The notes below the pieces were generated by a model. It did no database searches. It saw only the letters and a program-made list of their open reading frames with translations, and was not told the DNA's origin. DNA of 35,696 bases from a bacterium. GTDB lineage: Bacteria > Patescibacteriota > Minisyncoccia > Minisyncoccales > CG1-02-41-26. The position numbers and the translations under genes were made by a program. Each line of letters begins with the position of its first letter. The first letter of the stretch is position 1. The stretch lies in contig JAGGVK010000053.1 of assembly GCA_021158045.1 (NCBI GenBank), positions 1-35,696 on the forward strand. Direction: 5' to 3'. Shown one piece after another: positions 9,147 to 17,951 of this stretch.

Positions 9147-9381
9147 GTCGCAGTTAACACTGTTCCCCAGAAACCCTCGGTTTCTGGCGGTCGGCCTTCG
9201 GCCTCCCTGTTTTCCTACACGGGAGGATACCCAATCCTCCCGACCCCTCCTTGTGCATCAATATTCGCTTTTCTCTAATTGATTTTTATCTTATATATGC
9301 CAAGATTATATCCAAATATATGCCAAGATTATATCCAATAGAAAAAACAAGAGACATTGGTATTATCGCTCATATTGATGC
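9147..9381 (+). mobile_element. GTCGC-scaffold insertion 1 (fusA 5' end), including replacement gene start 9270-9381
   Basis: Starts GTCGC at the junction; 9185-9220 is identical (36 nt) to 19970-20005; 9255-9264 GCATCAATAT is the reverse complement of junction 9137-9146. Confidence 0.8.
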
Positions 9382-11425
9382 TGGTAAAACTACAGTTACT
9401 GAACGTGTTTTGTTTTACACCGGAATATCCCATAAAATTGGAGAAGTCCATAATGGAGAAGCTATTATGGATTGGATGGCTCAAGAGAAGGAAAGGGGCA
9501 TTACTATTACGTCGGCTTCAACAACTTGTCATTGGATTCCTGAAGGCTTGGAGAAGAAAAAAGAAAACGAATATCAAATAAATATTATTGATACGCCCGG
9601 TCACATTGATTTTACAGTAGAAGTTCAAAGAAGTTTACGAGTTTTAGATGGAGCTATTGTTGTTTTTGACGGTGTAGCGGGAGTTGAGCCCCAGTCGGAA
9701 ACTGTTTGGAGGCAGGCTGATAAATTTAATGTTCCTAGAATTTGTTTTGTTAACAAAATGGATAGAATGGGCGCGGATTTTGACAGAAGTTTTCAGTCAA
9801 TCATAGAAAAATTGTCGCCAAATGCTGTAGCAGTCCAAATTCCTATCGGTAAAGAGGATAAATTTGAGGGAGTGATTGACCTTATTAAAATGAAAGCATT
9901 GTATTTTGAAGGTGACTTTGGACAGGATGTTGTTGAAAAGGAAATACCAGAAAATCTAAGAGAGCAAGCAGCCCAGGCAAGAAAGGAAATGTTAGAAAAG
10001 GTAGCAGCAGAAGATGCAACTTTATTAGAAAAGTTCCTTTCAAACAAGGAAATTACCATAGATGAAATCAGGAAAGTTTTAAGAAAGAGCACTTTAAATT
10101 ATAAGCTAATACCTGTTTTTTGCGGGTCTGCCCTTAAAGATAAAGGCATACAACCTTTGTTAGACGCTGTTTGCTATTACTTGCCAAGTCCTAATGACCT
10201 CCCTCCAGTGAAAGGCACGAATCCTTTAACCGGAGATTTTGAGGAAAGGAAACACTTGGATTCTGAACCTCTGGCTGCTTTGGTGTTTAAAATTGCAACT
10301 GACCCTTATGTAGGAGCGCTTAGTTATTTTAGGATTTATTCCGGCTATCTTAGAAAGGGTTCTTATGTTTTAAATACAACGACAGGCGTTAAAGAAAGAA
10401 TAGGTAGAATATTAAGAATGCATGCCAACCAGAGAGTTGAATTAGACGAGGCTTTTGCCGGAGACATTGTGGCTACTGTTGGTCTTAAGAAAACAAGCAC
10501 TGGACACACCCTTTGCGACCCGGCTCATCCCATTGTTTTAGAGAATATTGCTTTTCCTGAGCCTGTAATCTCGGTGAGGGTAGAGCCGAAAACTCGAGCT
10601 GACCAAGAGAAATTGGTAGTGGCTTTAAAGAGGCTATCAGAAGAAGACCCCACATTTCGTATTAAAGAGGATTTAGAAACCGGAGAGACTATAATTTCGG
10701 GCATGGGGGAATTGCACCTTGAAGTTTTAACTGATAGGATGAAAAGAGAGTTTGGTGTTGTAGCCAATGTTGGCAGGCCTCAAGTGGCTTATAAGGAAAC
10801 TGTTTGCAGCGAGAGCGAGGCTGAGGGAAAGTATATTCACCAATCAGGAGGTAGGGGGCAATATGGCCATGTGTGGCTAAGAATAAAGCCAAAGGAGAGG
10901 GGAGAAGGATTTGAGTTTAAAAATGCTATTAAAGGAGGAATTATTCCTCAAGAGTTTATCCCAGCAGTTAAGAAAGGAGTAGTAGAAGCCATGGGAAAGG
11001 GAGTTCTGGCAGGTTATCCAATAGTGGATGTGGAAGTTACATTGTACGACGGTTCTTTCCACGAAGTTGACTCTTCAGAAGTTGCTTTTAAAATTGCAGC
11101 CGCAGAAGCTTTGAAGTCTGCTTCCCAAAAGGCAAAGCCCGTATTATTGGAGCCGATAATGAAAATTGAAGTTATTGTTCCTTCAGAATTCTTTGGAGAT
11201 GTTATTAGTGATTTAAACAGGAGGAGAGGCATTATTGAGGAGACAAAGGATAGGCTTAGCTTAAAAATAATTGACGCGAAAGTTCCCTTAGCGGAGATGT
11301 TTGGCTACGCTACTGGTTTGAGGTCCTTGACTCAAGGGAGAGGAACGTTTACAATGGAATTTGACAGATATGAGAAAGTACCGGAGAATATAAGTCAGGA
11401 GATAATTGAAGGTAAGAGGAAATAG
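9320..11425 (+). CDS. fusA: Elongation factor G (true start 9320)
   Basis: [41 protein letters not shown] and HEVDSSE. Confidence 0.98.
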   Translation: MPRLYPIEKTRDIGIIAHIDAGKTTVTERVLFYTGISHKIGEVHNGEAIMDWMAQEKERGITITSASTTCHWIPEGLEKKKENEYQINIIDTPGHIDFTVEVQRSLRVLDGAIVVFDGVAGVEPQSETVWRQADKFNVPRICFVNKMDRMGADFDRSFQSIIEKLSPNAVAVQIPIGKEDKFEGVIDLIKMKALYFEGDFGQDVVEKEIPENLREQAAQARKEMLEKVAAEDATLLEKFLSNKEITIDEIRKVLRKSTLNYKLIPVFCGSALKDKGIQPLLDAVCYYLPSPNDLPPVKGTNPLTGDFEERKHLDSEPLAALVFKIATDPYVGALSYFRIYSGYLRKGSYVLNTTTGVKERIGRILRMHANQRVELDEAFAGDIVATVGLKKTSTGHTLCDPAHPIVLENIAFPEPVISVRVEPKTRADQEKLVVALKRLSEEDPTFRIKEDLETGETIISGMGELHLEVLTDRMKREFGVVANVGRPQVAYKETVCSESEAEGKYIHQSGGRGQYGHVWLRIKPKERGEGFEFKNAIKGGIIPQEFIPAVKKGVVEAMGKGVLAGYPIVDVEVTLYDGSFHEVDSSEVAFKIAAAEALKSASQKAKPVLLEPIMKIEVIVPSEFFGDVISDLNRRRGIIEETKDRLSLKIIDAKVPLAEMFGYATGLRSLTQGRGTFTMEFDRYEKVPENISQEIIEGKRK

Positions 11426-11658
11426 TAAATTGAGAAAAGTTAAATTCCATTGTTCAGATAGGGGTCGGGGAAGAAGAATTCTTCCCCGTGGCGGAAATCT
11501 CTCTCCAAATCGCCAAAGGCGATTTGGAGGCCACATGAGGTCTCCAATTCCGCTGAAAGCGGAATTGGAGTAATAGCAGGGGTTTTAAGGAGCGAAGCGA
11601 AGCGAGGCTGAGATTGTCGAAGCCGAGCGCCTGCCAAAGGCAGGAGGAGCAGAGCGAC
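11351..11658 (-). mobile_element. GTCGC-scaffold insertion 2 (fusA 3' end, antisense), including replacement gene end 11351-11425
   Basis: GCGAC at 11654-11658 (GTCGC on - strand); scaffold collinear with 19826-20040; 11439-11453 is the reverse complement (14/15) of junction 11659-11673. Confidence 0.82.
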
Positions 11659-11733
11659 ACAATGGAATTTGACAGATATGAGAAAGTACCGGAGAATATT
11701 GCCCAGGAAATCATAGAAGGCAAAAGAAAGTAA
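11659..11733 (+). pseudogene. Orphaned second copy of the last 24 codons and stop of fusA
   Basis: First 41 nt identical to 11351-11391; last 34 nt differ at 12 positions yet encode [11 protein letters not shown] versus [11 protein letters not shown]. Confidence 0.92.
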
Positions 11734-11826
11734 AAAACTTTAATTGTTTTTATTTCATCGTGGTTTTCCTCAAGCAATTTGTTTAATGATTGGTTGAGGT
11801 AAAAAAAGCACGATTGGTTAACAATT

Positions 11827-12120
11827 ATGGAACTAGAAGACATTAGGCAGTTTGTTAATTCTAACAATGAAAAAATTATCTTAGTTGAACATGGAGAGCC
11901 AACAGTTGTTCTGATGTCTTATGAAACCTATAAGGAGTCTTTTGGCGGTAATTTTCAGGAGGGGGAGGGGAAAAGAAATGAAACAAATACAGAGGTGAAC
12001 TTAGCAGAGAAGAAGCCTTTTTTCGAATCTAACGAGCCTGAAGATTTAGTCCCTGGTGATTCTGAATTAGAAGAAGGTGAAAATTATGGAAGTATTTCTA
12101 TTGATGATTTGCCGTTTTAG
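11827..12120 (+). CDS. Small acidic protein with Phd/YefM-like N-terminus and SSB-like C-terminal DDLPF
   Basis: EKIILVEHGEPTVVLMSYETYKE resembles the Phd/YefM beta-hairpin-helix pattern; acidic low-complexity tail ending IDDLPF. Confidence 0.6.
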   Translation: MELEDIRQFVNSNNEKIILVEHGEPTVVLMSYETYKESFGGNFQEGEGKRNETNTEVNLAEKKPFFESNEPEDLVPGDSELEEGENYGSISIDDLPF

Positions 12121-12152
12121 AATATGATATCTAATGTTTATTTGTGTTTTGC

Positions 12153-12181
12153 TTGACTTTGTGATTTCTTTTTTATAGAAT
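12153..12181 (+). promoter_or_regulatory. Putative tuf promoter
   Basis: TTGACT (12153-12158), 17 nt spacer, TAGAAT (12176-12181). Confidence 0.6.
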
Positions 12182-12311
12182 AGTAAAATAGTTGAATTTT
12201 TAATTTTTGTATATTATATTAATATAATACAATAACGAAACTTAATTTGAATTTGACAACTTTTTTATAAGTTATCATTTTCAAATTTTAAGTTTTTAGT
12301 TTAAAAGTTTT

Positions 12312-13508
12312 ATGGCACAAGAAAAATTTGAGAGAAGCAAGCCGCATTTGAATATAGGCACTATTGGTCATGTTGACCATGGCAAGACTACCTTAACTGC
12401 TGCTATTCTTAAAATTGCCAAAATGAAAGGGTTTAAGTCAGAAGAAAAAGGAGTTCAGGAAATTGATTCAGCTCCAGAAGAAAAGGCCCGCGGACTTACT
12501 ATTAATATTTCTCATAATGAATTCGAAACAGCCAAACGCCATTATGCTTTAATTGATTGCCCGGGTCACGCTGATTATATTAAAAATATGGTAACTGGAG
12601 TAGCGCAGATGGATGGTGCAATTTTGGTTGTCTCAGCTGTTGATGGTCCTATGCCTCAAACAAGGGAGCATGTTCTCTTGGCGCGGCAAGTTGGTTTGCC
12701 TTCTATTGTTGTTTTTCTAAATAAAACTGACCAAGTTAATGACCCAGAAATGGTAGAATTGGTGGAATCTGAGGTTAGGGAATTGTTAAATAAGTATAAT
12801 TTTTCTGGAAAAGATACGCCAATTATCAAAGGCTCTGCCCTTCAAGCTTTGAATGTCAAATCTTTAGATGAGGAGGCGGCAAAACCGATTCTTGAATTGC
12901 TTGATACGATAGATAGTTATTTCCCAGAACCGGTAAGGGCATTGGATAAGCCGTTTTTAATGGCAATTGAGGGTGTTGTTTCAAAATCCGGCAGAGGAAC
13001 AGTTGCTACAGGGCGAGTTGAGAGAGGCATTATACACGCCGGCGACAAGGTTGAAATAGTTGGTTTGCGCCCTACGAGAGAGACGGTAGCAGTGAGCATT
13101 GAAATGTTTAGAAAGTCTTTAGATGAAGGTAGAGCAGGGGATGATATTGGAGTTTTGTTAAGAGGCCTAAAAAAAGAAGAAGTAGAGAGAGGCCAGGTTT
13201 TAGTTGCTCCGGGAACAGTAACGCCTCATTCTGAATTTGAATCAGAAGTGTATATTTTAACAAAAGAAGAAGGAGGACGCCATACGCCTTTCTTCTCTGG
13301 TTATAAGCCGCAGTTCTACATTAGAACTTGTGATGTAACTGGGGAAGCAACTCTTCCAGAGGGAACAGAGATGGTTATGCCTGGCGATACAGTCAAGTTG
13401 AAAATTAAACTGATAGTGCCAGTAGCTTTGGAAGAAAAACAAAGGTTTGCCATTAGAGAAGGCGGGAGAACTGTTGGAGCAGGCGTTGTGACCAAAATAA
13501 TCAAGTAA
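12312..13508 (+). CDS. tuf: Elongation factor Tu
   Basis: [34 protein letters not shown] and [13 protein letters not shown]. Confidence 0.99.
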   Translation: MAQEKFERSKPHLNIGTIGHVDHGKTTLTAAILKIAKMKGFKSEEKGVQEIDSAPEEKARGLTINISHNEFETAKRHYALIDCPGHADYIKNMVTGVAQMDGAILVVSAVDGPMPQTREHVLLARQVGLPSIVVFLNKTDQVNDPEMVELVESEVRELLNKYNFSGKDTPIIKGSALQALNVKSLDEEAAKPILELLDTIDSYFPEPVRALDKPFLMAIEGVVSKSGRGTVATGRVERGIIHAGDKVEIVGLRPTRETVAVSIEMFRKSLDEGRAGDDIGVLLRGLKKEEVERGQVLVAPGTVTPHSEFESEVYILTKEEGGRHTPFFSGYKPQFYIRTCDVTGEATLPEGTEMVMPGDTVKLKIKLIVPVALEEKQRFAIREGGRTVGAGVVTKIIK

Positions 13509-13540
13509 AGAAGAAAAGTTATAAATTTGTCTAAAGGGCT

Positions 13541-13885
13541 ATGATTGCTGAAACGAAAGCTGCAAAAAAAGAAGAAGTTAAATCACGGTTGAGGGTAAAA
13601 CTGAAATCTTACGATTATAAAGTGGTAGATATGAGTTGTCACCAGATTGTAGATATGGCTTTTAGGGTTGGGGTTAAAGTAATTGGACCTATTCCTTTGC
13701 CTACGGAGACAAGAAAATACACGGTAAATAGGGCAACCTTTGTACACAAAGATTCAAGGGACCAGTTTGAAATGAGAGTCCATAAGAGATTGATAGAGAT
13801 ATTGAATCCTAACCAGAAATTTATTGAGACATTAAGAGACATTAATCTTCCAGCAGGTGTGGAGATATCAATAAAAGCAACATAG
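13541..13885 (+). CDS. rpsJ: 30S ribosomal protein uS10
   Basis: RVKLKSYD, GPIPLPT, HKDSRDQFEMRVHKRLI and LPAGV. Confidence 0.97.
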   Translation: MIAETKAAKKEEVKSRLRVKLKSYDYKVVDMSCHQIVDMAFRVGVKVIGPIPLPTETRKYTVNRATFVHKDSRDQFEMRVHKRLIEILNPNQKFIETLRDINLPAGVEISIKAT

Positions 13886-14011
13886 CCTTAGAACTTGTAA
13901 AACTGCAGGAGTTGGCAACTTTTTTGTTTTTACCATGTTATTTGAGAAAAACGAAAACTGTGTTTTAGAATTCTGAATATTTTAGCAAGAAGACTAACTT
14001 TTAAGGATAGA

Positions 14012-14046
14012 AATAGAATACCGGGAGTTAGCCCCGGTATTTTATT
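14012..14046 (+). terminator. 14 bp stem-loop between rpsJ and rplC (terminator, attenuator or leader)
   Basis: AATAGAATACCGGG-AGTTAGC-CCCGGTATTTTATT with one G-U pair and a U-rich 3' arm. Confidence 0.5.
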
Positions 14047-14081
14047 AGGGAAAGCCTAATTCTGGCAGGATTTCCAAAAGT

Positions 14082-14714
14082 ATGAAATTTATTTTAGGAA
14101 AAAAAATAGGGATGTCGCAAATTTTTAAGGAGGGGAAAATTATACCTGTTACTTTGATTGAAGCGGGTCCTTGTTTTGTGACACAGATAAAGGAAGAGAA
14201 AGGCATACAGGAATCCTCTAATAAAGGAAAGGGGAAGGGCAATGACGGATATAATGCTGTACAAGTAGGATTTGAGAGATTGGAAGGCAAAAAAGTCAAG
14301 AGAACACAGAAAGGAAAACCATTTAAACATCTAAGGGAATTTAGAACAAAAGAAATAGAGAATTATAAAGTGGGCCAGAAAATTGACCTCTCTGTTTTTA
14401 AAGAAGGAGAAAAGGTAAAAGTGTCTGGGATTTCAAAAGGAAAAGGTTTTCAAGGAGCAGTTAAAAGGTGGGGTTTTAGCGGCAGAAATGCTACTCACGG
14501 AGTAAAGCACGAACACCGAACTTTGGGTTCGGTTGGCAGTTCTTTTCCAGAAAGGGTATTAAAAGGCAAGAAGATGCCAGGGAGGATGGGATATAGGAGG
14601 GTAACTGTGAAAAATTTAGAAATAGTTAAAATTGACCAAGAGAGTAATATAATAGCGCTTAAAGGGGCTGTTCCCGGGAGAAGGGGAATGCTCCTTGAGA
14701 TTTCTAATTTCTGA
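14082..14714 (+). CDS. rplC: 50S ribosomal protein uL3
   Basis: GKKIGMSQIF, DGYNAVQVGF, SKGKGFQG and GKKMPGRMG. Confidence 0.98.
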   Translation: MKFILGKKIGMSQIFKEGKIIPVTLIEAGPCFVTQIKEEKGIQESSNKGKGKGNDGYNAVQVGFERLEGKKVKRTQKGKPFKHLREFRTKEIENYKVGQKIDLSVFKEGEKVKVSGISKGKGFQGAVKRWGFSGRNATHGVKHEHRTLGSVGSSFPERVLKGKKMPGRMGYRRVTVKNLEIVKIDQESNIIALKGAVPGRRGMLLEISNF

Positions 14715-14715
14715 T

Positions 14716-15363
14716 ATGAAAATACCTGTTTACAACCAAGAAGGGAAAGAAATAGAAAATATGGTGTTGCCTAAAGAAGTTTTTGGCATTAAGATGAATC
14801 TTGATTTAGTGCACCAAGTAGTTGTTTCCCAAATGGCAAATAGGAGGAAACCGATAGCGCATACGAAGGATAGAGGGGAAGTAAGGGGTGGCGGTAGAAA
14901 GCCTTGGCGCCAGAAGGGCACAGGAAGGGCAAGGGCCGGTTCAAATAGGTCTCCTATATGGATTGGCGGTGGAGTTACTTTTGGCCCCCGTAAGGAGAAG
15001 AAATTCAAAAAGAGAATTCCCAAGAAGATGAAGCGGAAAGCTCTTTTTATGGTACTTTCTGAGAAAGCAAGAAGAAATCAAATAGTTTTATTGGATAAGT
15101 TTGATATTAAGAACATAAAGACAAAAATTGTTTTTAATGTTTTAAGCAAGATTCCTTTAGAATCTCGAAATGCCTTGATTATCCTGCCTAAATATGATAA
15201 AAATATTATTCTCTCTTCCCGAAATATCCCTAAGATAGACACTTGCCAGGCGAAAGATATTAACGCTTTGGATATTCTGTCTTTCAAGTATTTAGTGATG
15301 CCAAAAGAATCAATAAAAGTGATAAAAGAGACGTTTGTAAAAAAGCCAAAAAGCGGAGATTAA
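14716..15363 (+). CDS. rplD: 50S ribosomal protein uL4 (true start 14716)
   Basis: TKDRGEVRGGGRKPWRQKGTGRARAGS and GGGVTFGP. Confidence 0.98.
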   Translation: MKIPVYNQEGKEIENMVLPKEVFGIKMNLDLVHQVVVSQMANRRKPIAHTKDRGEVRGGGRKPWRQKGTGRARAGSNRSPIWIGGGVTFGPRKEKKFKKRIPKKMKRKALFMVLSEKARRNQIVLLDKFDIKNIKTKIVFNVLSKIPLESRNALIILPKYDKNIILSSRNIPKIDTCQAKDINALDILSFKYLVMPKESIKVIKETFVKKPKSGD

Positions 15364-15479
15364 GCATAGGGGAAGCAAGAGTTGTTTGTTGCCTTTTTGC
15401 ATTATTATTTCTAGCGCAGGATAGAAGTAATTAATTTCTACTTCTTAATATTTTTTCATTATATGTTTGAATTTTTACT

Positions 15480-16031
15480 ATGCCTTTATTAAACATTTTT
15501 AAAAAAAAGAAAGAGAGGAAGGAAAAGAAAAAGGAGAAAGAAGGGGAAGAAAAGGGCAGGTTGGCAAAACCGGCAAAAGAGAACACGGAGAAGATAAACA
15601 TCAAAGAAGCTGTAAAAAGCAAAGGAAAAAGAATTGTTGAGAAAGAGAAAAAGGAAACAAAAGGAAAAGCAAGAAAAAAAGAACCGAATGTCAAGAAAAA
15701 AGAAAAGTTGATTGAAGAAACACCCCTGGCAAAGAAGAGAAAACCTTATCCTTTTGCTTACAGGATTTTGAAGAGCCCTCATATAACTGAGAAGGCTACT
15801 TTATTAGCAGGGAGAAATAAATATGTTTTTAGAACTTATCCGAAAGCGAATAAAACAGAGATTAAAAAGGCGGTAGAGAGCATTTATAATGTAGAAGTGG
15901 TTTCAGTAAGGACAATTCATATTCCTTCAAAGAAAAAGCGATTGATGGCCCAAGAGGGACGAAAGAGTGGTTACAAAAAAGCAATAGTGACCTTAAAAAG
16001 GGGCCAGGAAATAGAAATATTACCAAGGTAA
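15480..16031 (+). CDS. rplW: 50S ribosomal protein uL23 with about 90 aa Lys/Glu-rich N-terminal extension
   Basis: P.ITEKA, NKYVF, ANKTEIKKAVE and YKKAIVTL in the C-terminal half; no internal Met before the core. Confidence 0.95.
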   Translation: MPLLNIFKKKKERKEKKKEKEGEEKGRLAKPAKENTEKINIKEAVKSKGKRIVEKEKKETKGKARKKEPNVKKKEKLIEETPLAKKRKPYPFAYRILKSPHITEKATLLAGRNKYVFRTYPKANKTEIKKAVESIYNVEVVSVRTIHIPSKKKRLMAQEGRKSGYKKAIVTLKRGQEIEILPR

Positions 16032-16097
16032 AAGAGTTGATTGCCAGAAATCTGTAGAGAGGTTTAGAGGTTATTTGTTAAATAAAGATTTTCAAAT

Positions 16098-16877
16098 ATG
16101 GAAAAAATTTTAACTAAAAAGAAGCCTGAGAAAAGTTTATTAAAACCGCTTAAAAAGACAGGCGGAAGAAATATATCTGGCAAGATTACTGTTCGCCATA
16201 GAGGAGGAGGAGTAAAACGTCTTTATAGGATAGTTGATTTTAAAATGACAAAGATGGGTGAGAAAGCAAAAGTTATTGCTTTGGAATACGACCCTAATAG
16301 AACTAGTTTTATTGCCTTGATAGAATATCCAACAGGAGCGCGTAGTTATATTATAGCTCCACAAGGGTTGAAGGTGGGCAGAGAGGTAGAGTTTGGTGAA
16401 AAAGTTTCCCTCTCAATTGGCAATCGAATGAAACTTAAAAATATTCCTGTTGGAACTTTTGTTTATAATATTGAGATGAGCCCAAATGGAGGAGGAAAGA
16501 TTGCCAGAGCAGCTGGAAATTCTTGCCAAGTTATATCACAAGAGGAAAAATATACTGTTTTAAAAATGCCCTCAGGGGAACAGAGAAGAATTTTAGGCAA
16601 TTGCTTTGCCTCAATAGGGGTAGTTTCCAATGCAGGGCATCGTTTTCAGAAGATCGGCAAAGCAGGAATAATGCGTTTAAAGGGAAGAAGGCCAGTGGTA
16701 CGAGGGTCAGCTATGAATCCTTGTGACCATCCTCATGGAGGAGGAGAGGGAAGAAGTCCTATTGGGCTTTCCCATCCCAAAACTCCTTGGGGAAAACCGG
16801 CTTTGGGAGTAAAAACAAGAAAGAAGAAAAAGTGGACAAATAAGCTTATTATTAAAAGAAGAAGAAAAAAAAGATAA
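16098..16877 (+). CDS. rplB: 50S ribosomal protein uL2 (short N-terminus)
   Basis: GKITVRHRGGG, EYDPNR and VRGSAMNPCDHPHGGGEG. Confidence 0.98.
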   Translation: MEKILTKKKPEKSLLKPLKKTGGRNISGKITVRHRGGGVKRLYRIVDFKMTKMGEKAKVIALEYDPNRTSFIALIEYPTGARSYIIAPQGLKVGREVEFGEKVSLSIGNRMKLKNIPVGTFVYNIEMSPNGGGKIARAAGNSCQVISQEEKYTVLKMPSGEQRRILGNCFASIGVVSNAGHRFQKIGKAGIMRLKGRRPVVRGSAMNPCDHPHGGGEGRSPIGLSHPKTPWGKPALGVKTRKKKKWTNKLIIKRRRKKR

Positions 16878-16886
16878 TCAAAATAT

Positions 16887-17198
16887 ATGGCACGCTCACT
16901 TAAAAAGGGTCCTTATGTTGACCCAAAGCTGTTAAAAAAATTGGCTAAATTGAAGCAGGGAGATAGTACGGTAATCAAAACTTGGTCCAGAGCCTCAACG
17001 ATAACACCGGAGATGGTAGGTTTTAATTTTGGTGTTTATAATGGCAAAGAGCATATTAAAGTTTATATTACTGAGGACATGGTGGGGCATAAGCTTGGTG
17101 AGTTTGCTCCTACTACTGTTTTTCATAGGCATGGTGGAAAAATGCAGAGGGAGATAGAAACAAAAGCAAAGGCAAAGGAAAACCAGAAAGCAAAATAG
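16887..17198 (+). CDS. rpsS: 30S ribosomal protein uS19
   Basis: [17 protein letters not shown] and [12 protein letters not shown]. Confidence 0.98.
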   Translation: MARSLKKGPYVDPKLLKKLAKLKQGDSTVIKTWSRASTITPEMVGFNFGVYNGKEHIKVYITEDMVGHKLGEFAPTTVFHRHGGKMQREIETKAKAKENQKAK

Positions 17199-17238
17199 GA
17201 CTTTGCGTGAGGAATGAAAACTAATTATTTGTTATACT

Positions 17239-17856
17239 ATGGAGATAAAGGCAAAATTAAAATATTTGCATATAAGCCCAAGAAAGGTTAGGATGGTAGC
17301 GGATTTAATTCGAGGGAGAGATGTAAATCAAGCGAAAGCTCTCTTGGAATTTACTATTAAAAGAGGAGGGGTGCCATTGAAAAAATTGTTAGGTTCGGCT
17401 GTAGCCTCCGCGCGCCATAATTTTCAGTTAGAGGAAGACAATTTGTATATTTCAGAAATAAATGTTACCGAAGGCCCAAAGCTTAAAAGATACAGGGCTC
17501 GTTCTCATGGACAAGCATATTTGATTCAAAAGAAGACATCCCATATTACTTTAGTTCTTCGAGAGAAAGAGGAAAAAGCAAAGAAAACGCCATCAAAAGG
17601 GAAAGAGCCAACTCAAGCAGCAGCGAGAGCGGAAGAAAAAATTGAAAAACAATTGGATAAGAAAGAGGAAGGAAAAATAGAAAATGCAGCAAAAATAGAG
17701 CAGAAATCTTCCTCCCAAAGTTTGAAAGTTCCACGAGTATCTGAAAAGCCTACAAAAACTAAGAAATTGGAAAGAAAAAACAAAGAGAGAAAATCTTGGA
17801 AGAAAAAGAGAGAAAAGAAAAATTGGAGAAAAGTTTTTAGGAGAAAAGCATTTTAA
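17239..17856 (+). CDS. rplV: 50S ribosomal protein uL22 with about 95 aa C-terminal extension
   Basis: ISPRKVRMVADLIRG, GPKLKRYRAR and KKTSHITLVL, then a K/E-rich tail ending FRRKAF. Confidence 0.97.
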   Translation: MEIKAKLKYLHISPRKVRMVADLIRGRDVNQAKALLEFTIKRGGVPLKKLLGSAVASARHNFQLEEDNLYISEINVTEGPKLKRYRARSHGQAYLIQKKTSHITLVLREKEEKAKKTPSKGKEPTQAAARAEEKIEKQLDKKEEGKIENAAKIEQKSSSQSLKVPRVSEKPTKTKKLERKNKERKSWKKKREKKNWRKVFRRKAF

Positions 17857-17951
17857 GGCTTATGGAAAAACTCGTAAATTTCAATTTTAGATTGCCTTTT
17901 TCCTATACTGCTTGCTTTCATTTAATAGAGTTATTAAGGATTTTGTAATAT

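Noticed and set aside
9043-9282. ORFs 9043-9282, 11440-11637, 11454-11867, 19757-20062, 19824-20072 and 19908-20126 as real proteins or transposases
   Set aside because: They are read-throughs of GC-rich palindromic element DNA; frames are not conserved between copies and there are no catalytic motifs.
11351-11733. Diversity-generating retroelement TR/VR pair
   Set aside because: Differences are not confined to adenines in either copy, are almost all synonymous, and no reverse transcriptase is in the window.
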